From NCBI GenBank assembly GCA_965219085.1, contig OZ244720.1, forward strand, positions 707,684 through 771,683: 64,000 nucleotides of DNA. Reading direction: 5' to 3'. A program made the position numbers and the translations under genes. Source of the stretch: Dehalococcoidia bacterium. GTDB lineage: Bacteria > Chloroflexota > Dehalococcoidia > UBA2979. The notes beneath the pieces were generated by a model. The model searched no databases. It was given only the letters and a program-made list of their open reading frames with translations, and was not told the DNA's origin. Positions within the stretch are counted from its first letter, which is position 1; the number at the start of each line of letters is the position of its first letter. Positions 1 through 9,000 of this stretch are shown here, piece after piece.

Positions 1-1
1 C

Positions 2-3000
2 ACCGGCACCACCTTCACCGACGCCGACACTGGCGTGCCCATCTACTGGCTGAACGGCAGCAAGGCAGCCGACCACTACCGGGACTTCTATAACGGCAAT
101 TGGGACCAAGAGGCGTCCATGCGGGACGAAGCGGGAACCATCGTTTTCACTTTTCACCCCTGGACGGGCAGCAAACACGACGGCACCGAGGCGTTCAGCA
201 GTGGCGACAGCCGCGCCCTGGGCGCAGCTTCCGTGAGGCGGGGTCAGCCAAACTCGACCGTAGCGGGGAGCGGCCCCCTGTCCAGCAATTCCGACGCGTC
301 AGCCAGCGAGGTTGGGAAATTCTACGCCCTCTCGGACGTGTTCGAGGTATTCACGAACAGCCGGCCCACGGCCGGGCCCACGATCAGCGGCTTCCCCCAG
401 CTGGGGATGACGCTCACCGCCGACGCCTCGACCATCGTCGACCCCGACGGCACGAGCGGCGCCAGCTTCAGCTACCAGTGGGTGCGCAGCGAGGCGGGGA
501 CCGACAGCGAGATCAGCGGCGCGACCGCGACCAGCTACACCCTGGTGGAAGCCGACGTGGGCACGTTGATCAAGGTGACCGTGAGCTACAGCGACGGTGA
601 AGACATGGCCGAGACGGCGACCAGCGAGCCGCTGGGTCCGGTGGGGCGCGTGGTGATCGACTCGGCCGGCAACGTCGACGCCAGGGGCGTCTGGCTCGAG
701 AGCGCCGCCGCAGGAGGCTTCATCATCCGCTTGAGCGATGACGAGGACGACCGGGTCTACGGCTACACCACCGGCCCCCTGACGCACAGTCCCGCCCATG
801 GCTTCGACCTGCACGCGGACAACGGCGACGCCACAGGCATCGCCGCCGCGGACGGCGTGCTGTGGGTGGCCGACCGCGGCGATGACCAGCTCTTCGCCTA
901 CAACGTGGGCGCCAGCGGCACGTTCGGCGCGCGGCTGACGGCCAAGGAGTTCGACCTGCACGCGGACAACCAGCGGCCCGCCGGCGTCTGGACGGACGGC
1001 GAGACCCTCTACGTCGCCGACCCGGACGAAGCCAAGCTCTTCGCCTACCGCGTGGGCGCCGGCGGCACGTTCGGAGAGTCGCTGGCGGACCAGGACGTGG
1101 CGCTGCACGCGGACAACGACGCCCCCTGGGGCGTCTGGTCGACCGGCACGGTGATCTGGGTGGCGGACCGGTCCGACGACTTCATCTACGCCTACAGCCT
1201 CAGCGCCGGCGGCGCGCGGCTCGACGCCGTCGCCCTGCGCTGGGAGTGGCCTCTCGACACGGCCGACGGCAACACCGACCCCTGGGGCATGTGGTCCGAC
1301 GACGACAGGCTGTGGGTGCTTGACGATGGCCGATCGAAGCTCTTCGCGTACTACCTGCCGCTGCCCTCGGCGCCGGACCCGCCGGCTGCAGTCGCGATCA
1401 GCGGCGATGGGGTCGGCGAGCTGACCGTGGAGTGGGAGGCGCCCGGCGACGACGGCGGCAGCGCCATCAGCGGCTACACGGTGCAGTGGAAATCGGGCGC
1501 CGAGAGCTTCGATTCGTCGCGCGAAGGGACGGCCGCCGCGACGGCCCGGTCGCAGACCATCCCGAACCTGACCAACGACACCGAGTACACGCTGCGGGTG
1601 CAGGCGACCAACGCGAACGGCGGCAGCGACTGGGCCGAGACCACGGGCACGCCGCGCGCGGCGGCGGTCTCGATCACGGGGGATACGGAGTTCGTGCGGG
1701 AAGGCACGGCGGCGGCCTTCACGCTGTCGCGCACGGGCCCGGCCGCGGCGGCGCTGACGGTGAGCGTGCTGGTGACGCAGGAGGGCAGCTTCATCGACGG
1801 CACGCTGCCGACGTCGGTGACCATCGCGGCGGGCGATGCCGAGGCGCCGCTGCGCATCGCCACCGAGGACGACGACCTGGGCGAGGACGACGGGTCGATC
1901 AAGGTGACCATCACGGGCGTCTCGTCCGCCATCGCGATCAGCCAGACGGCGGGCTCGGCCACGGTGGCGGTGCGTGATGACTCGGACCTCAAGGCGAAGG
2001 TGTCGGTGGACGTGGAGTCGCTGACCTTCGCGGAGAGCGTCGGCACGGTGACGCTGAAGTACGCCGCGCGCATGGAGCCGAACGTGTCGCCGTTCGCGTT
2101 CGCGGTGTCCGTCCTGACCGACCGCGGCACGGCGAGGACCCTCGACGGTGACTTCGAGGGCTTTTCCGAACACGTCACGGTCGCCGCGACCGATTTCCAG
2201 ATCGAGAACGGGCAGCAGGTGGCGCACAAGACGGTCGACATCACGATCAACAACAACCATGCCGGGCGCTGGGAGGGCGACGAGACGTTCGACTTCCTGG
2301 TGCAGCGCGCTCCCGGCACTCCCGGGTCCGTCCTGGTCGTCGACGGCGACGGGAACAACGCCGTGGGCGGCGCGACCACGACGATCACGATCGCCGACAA
2401 CGATGCGGCGCCGTCGCTGGATATGTCAGTCAGCCCGTCGCTCGTCGAGGAGGGCGACAGCGCGACGCTGACGGTGACGATCGCCGACGGGTCGGCGTTC
2501 GCGGCGGACCAGACCATCGCCCTGACCTTCTCGGGGACCGCGACGCGGGACGTGGATTACACCGCCGACCTCGCTACCGCCGACGTCGATGCGCTGACCC
2601 TCGCGGCGGGCCTGACCGAGGTCGCCGCAACCGTCACCGTTCTCGACGACGCCATCGACGACGATACGGGCGAGACGATCGTGATCGAGGCCGCGCACGC
2701 CGGCACGTCGTTCTCCGAGACCTACACGCTGACGATCGGCGTCGCGTCGCTCGCCAGCGACACGGCGCTGAGCGCTCTGGTGCTGAACGACGGCACGGAC
2801 GACCTGACGCTCACCCCGGCCTTCGCCAGCGGGACGACGAGCTATGCGGCCTCGGTCGGCAACGCCGTCGCGCAGATCACGGTGACGCCGGCGAAGCGCG
2901 ACACGGACGCCTCGCTTGAGTATCTCGACGCGGACGACGCGACCATCAGCGACGCCGATGGCATGACCGCCGGCCAGCAGGTCGATCTGATCGAGGGCGA

Positions 3001-6000
3001 GAACACGATCAAGGTCAAGGTCACCGCCGAGGACGACGCTACGACCGAGACCTACACGGTCGTCGTGACCCGCGCGCAGCGCTGCGATGGAACCCAGCTG
3101 TGGTGCGAAACGATGACTGTTGGGACCGGCGCCGGGACGATCCTTGGTTGGTCTGCATCTGGGATAGTAATTGCCGGAGGTTCCCTCGGCGGCGGCGACC
3201 AGGATTTCGACTACGGCACGCATACGTACAGTTTCGCAATCATTTTCTTGAGCGGCACAACGTTGGGTATCGAATTCGGCGCAGGCGCGGCAGGCGACCT
3301 CGCGAGCACGAGGACCCGGGACAAACTGGTGTTCACCGTGGACGGCCAGGCGTTCGGGCTGGGGGCGGGAAACCTTGCTGCCAATGGCAGAGGCGTGAAC
3401 TGGACCTCGACCGGCCTGACCTGGATGGCCGGCGGCACGGTGGATCTCGAAGTCGTCGAGGCCGCCGTGTCCACCGACGCAGCGCTCAGCGACCTGAGCC
3501 TGAGCGACGGCACGCTCGCCCCCGCGTTCGCGAGCGATACGAACACCTACACCGTTGGAGTCGCGAACAGCGTCGAGACGATCACGCTGACGCCGGCGGC
3601 GAGCCACTCGTGGGCCTCGGTCGAGTATCTCGACGCGAGCGACCTGCCGATCACCGACGCCGACGGAATGACCGATGGCCAGCAGGTGGCGCTCGTGGTG
3701 GGTGCGAACACGATCAAGGTCAAGGTCACGGCCGAGGACGACGCCACGACCCAGACCTACACGCTGACGGTCACCCGAGCGGTGGCGGGGGCTGCCACCG
3801 AGGCGACGCTGAGCGATCTGGTGCTGGACGACGGCACGAGCGAACTGGCGCTCACGCCGGCCTTCGCCAGCGGGACGACGAGCTACACGCGCTGGGTCGG
3901 CAACGGCATCGATCAGATCACGGTGACGCCGGAGACGAGCGATGCGAATGCATCGGTCGAGTATCTCGACGCGGGCGACGCGACCATCAGCGACGCCGAC
4001 ACCATGACCACCGGCCAGCAGATCGATCTCATCGAGGGCGAGAACACGATCAAGGTCAAGGTCACCGCCGAGGACGACGCCACGACCGAGACCTACACGG
4101 TCGTCGTGACCCGCGCGGCCCCTGCCGCCTCGACCGACGCAACACTGAGCGGCCTGGTGCTGAACGACGGCGCCAACGACCTGACGCTCACCCCGGCCTT
4201 CGCCTCGGGGACGACGAGCTACGCGGCTTCGGTCGGCAACGCCGTCTCGCAGATCACGGTGACGCCCACAAAGAGCGACACGGACGCCTCGGTCGAATAT
4301 CTGGACGCGAGCGACGGGGCCATCACCGACGCCGATGGCATGACCGCCGGCCAGCAGGTGGCGCTCGTCGAGGGCGCGAACACGATCAAGGTGAAGGTCA
4401 CCGCGGAGGACGTGATCACGACCGAGACCTACACGGTCGTCGTGACCCGCGCGGCCCCCGCCGCCTCGACCGACGCGACCTTGGTCTCGAACGAAGACGC
4501 AACGGCTGGGACGGGTAACTCAAGCGTCATTCATGCGCAGAGCTTCGTCACCGGAACCAATGCCGGCGGATACACGCTCTCCGAAATCCAGATCCGGCTA
4601 GGAGATTCCAGTGCGGTGCCAGGCGTTACCGGCGTCATCGCGGCCGTCAAGGCCGATGACTCCGGCGCACCGGGCGCCCTCGTCGCCAATCTCGTCAATC
4701 CCGGCAGTCTGACCGCGGACGCATTCAATGCGTTCACCGCGCCGGCCGGCACGACGCTCTCCGCGAACACGACGTACTGGGTGGTGATAAACGAGGAGCG
4801 GAGCAGCAACTCCGACCGGGTGAGGTTGTTCTCTACCGCAGACGATGACGAGGACATAGCCCTGACGGGGTGGAGCATCGGGGACGGCCGCCTGTGGAAG
4901 TCCAACGCATCAGACGCCAGTTGGAACACCTCCGCTGACTCGAATCTGATCATCGTCAAGGGCACCGTGAAGGGGGGCGCCACCAACAACGCGCCGGTCT
5001 TCGCCGACGCCACGACGACGCGCAGCGTGCCCGAGAACAGCGCCGTGGGCACGAACGTCGGGAGCGCGGTCACCGCCACCGACGCCGACAGCGACACGCT
5101 GGAGTACACCCTGGAGGGGACGGATGCCGCGTCCTTCACCATCGTCTCGACTTCCGGCCAGATCCAGACCAAGACGGGGGTGACCTACAACCACGAGGGC
5201 ACGTCCAGCTATTCGGTGACGGTCAAAGCCGACGACGGCAACGGCGGGACCGACACGATCGGGGTGACGGTCACGGTCAGCGACGTGAACGAGGTGCCGT
5301 CGGCGCCGGAAGCGCCGGACGTTACGGCGGCCTCGGGGACGACGGACAGCCTGGTCGTGGACTGGAAGGAGCCGGCCAACACCGGACCGGCGATCACCGA
5401 CTACGACGTGCAGTACCGAAAAGGCAACAGCGGCGCCTTCACCGCCTGGAGCCACACGGACGCCACCACGTCCGCGACGATCACGGGGCTGGAGGCGAGC
5501 ACGTCCTACCAGGTGCAGGTGAAGGCCCGCAACGACGAGGGAGCGAGCGCCTGGTCGGCCAGCGGCACGGGGAGCACCGGGTCGCCAGCCAGCGACGCGG
5601 CGCTGACCGCTCTGGTGCTGAACGACGGCGCCAACGACCTGACGCTGACGCCGACCTTCGCCAGCGGGACGACGAGCTACGCGGCCTCGGTCGGCAACGG
5701 CATCGATCAGATCACGGTGACGCCGGAGAAGAGCGACACTGACGCCTCGGTGGAGTACCTCGACGCGAGCGACGGGGCCATCAGCGATGCCGACGGGTCG
5801 GCCAGCGGCCAGCAGGTGGCGCTCGATGTGGGCGCGAACACGATCAAGGTCAAGGTCACCGCCGAGGACGCGACGACGACCCAGACCTACACGGTCGTCG
5901 TGACCCGCGCGGCCCCCGCCGCCTCGACCGACGCGGCGCTGAGCGGTCTGGTGCTGAACGACGGCGCCAACGACCTGACGCTCACCCCGGCCTTCGCCTC

Positions 6001-9000
6001 GGGGACGACGAGCTACGCGGCTTCGGTCGGCAACGGCATCGATCAGATCACGGTGACGCCAACCAAGAGCGACACGAACGCCTCGCTCGAGTATCTCGAC
6101 GCGAACGGCGCGATCATCAGCGACGCCGACGGGTCGGCCAGCGGCCAGCAGGTGGCGCTCGATGTGGGCGCGAACACGATCAAGGTCAAGGTCACCGCCG
6201 AGGACGCGACGACGACCCAGACCTACACGGTCGTCGTGACCCGCGCGGCCCCCGCCGCCTCGACCGACGCGGCGCTGAGCGGTCTGGTGCTGAACGACGG
6301 CGCCAACGACCTGACGCTCACCCCGGCCTTCGCCTCGGGGACGACGAGCTACGCGGCTTCGGTCGGCAACGGCATCGATCAGATCACGGTGACGCCAACC
6401 AAGAGCGACACGAACGCCTCGCTCGAGTATCTCGACGCGAACGGCGCGATCATCAGCGACGCCGACGGGTCGGCCAGCGGCCAGCAGGTGGCGCTGGAGG
6501 TGGGCGCGAACACGATCAAGGTGAAGGTCACCGCCGAGGACGCGACGACGACCGAGACCTATACGGTCGTCGTGACCCGCGCGGCCCCCGCCGCCTCGAC
6601 CGACGCGGCGCTGAGCGGTCTGGTGCTGAACGGCGGCGCCAACGACCTGACGCTCACGCCGGCCTTCGCCAGCGGGACGACGAGCTACGCGGCCTCGGTC
6701 GGCAACGGCATCGATCAGATCACGGTGACGCCAACCAAGAGCGACACGAACGCCTCGCTCGAGTATCTCGACGCGAACGGCGCGATCATCAGCGACGCCG
6801 ACGGGTCGGCCAGCGGCCAGCAGGTGGCGCTGGAGGTGGGCGCGAACACGATCAAGGTGAAGGTCACCGCCGAGGACGCGACGACGACCGGGACCTACAC
6901 GGTCGTCGTGACGCGCGCGGCCCCCGCCGCCTCGACTGACGCGGCGCTGAGCGGTCTGGTGCTGAACGACGGGACGAACGACCTGACGCTCACCCCGGCC
7001 TTCGCCTCGGGGACGACGAGCTACGCGGCCTCGGTCGGCAACGGCATCGATCAGATCACGGTGACGCCGGAGAAGAGCGACACGGACGCCTCGGTCGAGT
7101 ATCTGGACGGTAACGACGCGGCGATCAGCGACGCCGACGGGTCGGCCGCCGGCCAGCAGGTGGCGCTCGATGTGGGCGCGAACACGATCAAGGTCATGGT
7201 CACCGCCGAGGACGCGACGACGACCGAGACCTACACGGTCGTCGTGACCCGCGCCATGGCGGGTCCGGTGGCGCCGCTGCCGCGGCCAGACACGCTGGTC
7301 AGCAATATCGGTAAAGCTAACACCGGCATCGCCCCCCTGGACGCATATGATTTTACCCAGGAGTTTACGACCGGCGACAACAGCGACGGCTATACGCTAA
7401 CCAGCGTCGACATCGAGTTTGGCCAAGTTGAGGAAGCCAGGATCACCTACGCGGTCAGCATCCGGGAAGACAAGACCGGCGAGCCGGGAAGGAAAATCGA
7501 AAGGCTCACCGACCCGGCCAGGCTCTCGGCCAACGCCCTCAATACGTACACGACATCCGGCATCGCTCTGGCGGCGAACACGACCTACTTCGTACTGGTG
7601 AACAGTAGCACTACCCACACTACCTATCTGCGGTACACCAGTTCGGATGCGGAGGATTCCGGGGCTGCGAGCGATTGGACGATTGGCGACGCCAGCCTCT
7701 TACGGTTCCAGCACGGAGGCACCTGGGGCACTTCTTCCGAGACCATCAAAATCCGCATCAACGGCACGGTGACGGGGGCCGACGCGACGCTGAGCGGTCT
7801 GGCGCTGCACGACGGCGCCAACGAGCTGACGCTCACGCCGACGTTCTCCTCGGGGACGACGAGCTACGCGGCCTCGGTCGGCGACGCCGTCTCGCAGATC
7901 ACGGTGACGCCCACGAAGAGCGACGCGGACGCCTCGGTGGAGTACCTCGACGCGAGCGACGGGGCCATCAGCGACGCCGACGGGATGGCCAGCGGCCAGC
8001 AGGTGGCGCTCGTCTTGGGCGCGAACACGATCAAGCTCAGGGTCACCGCCGCGGACGCGATGACGACCGTGACCTACACGGTCGTCGTCACCCGCGCGGC
8101 GACGGCCTCGAGCGACGCAACGCTGAGCGGTCTGCTGCTGAACGACGGCGCCAACGAGCTGACGCTCACCCCAAGCTTCGCCTCCGGAACGACGAGCTAC
8201 GCGGCCTCGGTCGGCAACGCTGTCTCGCGGATCACGGTGACGCCGGAGAAGAGCCACACGGACGCCTCGCTCGAGTATCTCGACGGAAACGATGCGGCGA
8301 TCAGCGACGCCGACGGGGCGGCCAGCGGCCAGCAGGTGGCGCTCGTGGTGGGCGCGAACACGATCAAGGTCGAAGTCACCGCCGCGGACGCGATGACGAC
8401 CGTGACCTACACGATCGTCGTGACCCGCACCACTGGCCCCGGCACGGAGCCCGGCCCGCCCACCAACGTGCAGGCGTCGGGCAACGCCGAGCTCGGCGTC
8501 ACCTGGGACGCCCCCGACGACGGCGGCAGCGCCATCAGCGGCTACACGCTGCAGTGGAAGTCGGGCGCCGAGAGCTACAGCACGACGCGGCAAGCCACTG
8601 TCACGACCACCACCCACACCATCCCGGCGCTGACCAACGGCACGACCTACACGGTGCGGGTCAAGGCGACCAACACCCACGGCGACAGCGGCTGGACCGA
8701 GATCACGGCCACGCCGGGATCCGGCGCCGGCGTGGCGTCGGTGACGGTGGACCAGGCCAGCATCACCCAGACCAGCGCAGACGTCATCGTGACGGTGGAG
8801 AACCTCCAGGGCGTAGGCCACACGGTGTACGTGCGCTACCGGGAGGCGGGCGCTAACTGGCCGGGGAGCGCGAACCTGCTCCTGGCGACCAGCGGGACTG
8901 CCATCACCGTCACCCTGGCCGGCCTGAGCGGGAACACGGACTACGACGTGGCGGCGTCCCTGGACAGCGGCATCGCCCCGGGAGTCCGGACCGCCAGCTT

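Noticed and set aside
299-2260. Long minus-strand ORFs antisense to the giant adhesin (also 2426-3607, 7700-10864 of 1054 aa, and others)
   Set aside because: These are Arg/Gly/Ala-rich low-complexity translations, typical of open frames on the non-coding strand of about 70% GC DNA. They have no ribosome-binding sites and overlap a well-supported repeat-domain gene.
5581-7260. Regular 336-bp tandem repeats considered as a possible CRISPR-like array
   Set aside because: The repeats are long, in-frame coding units of one protein domain, with no short spacers.
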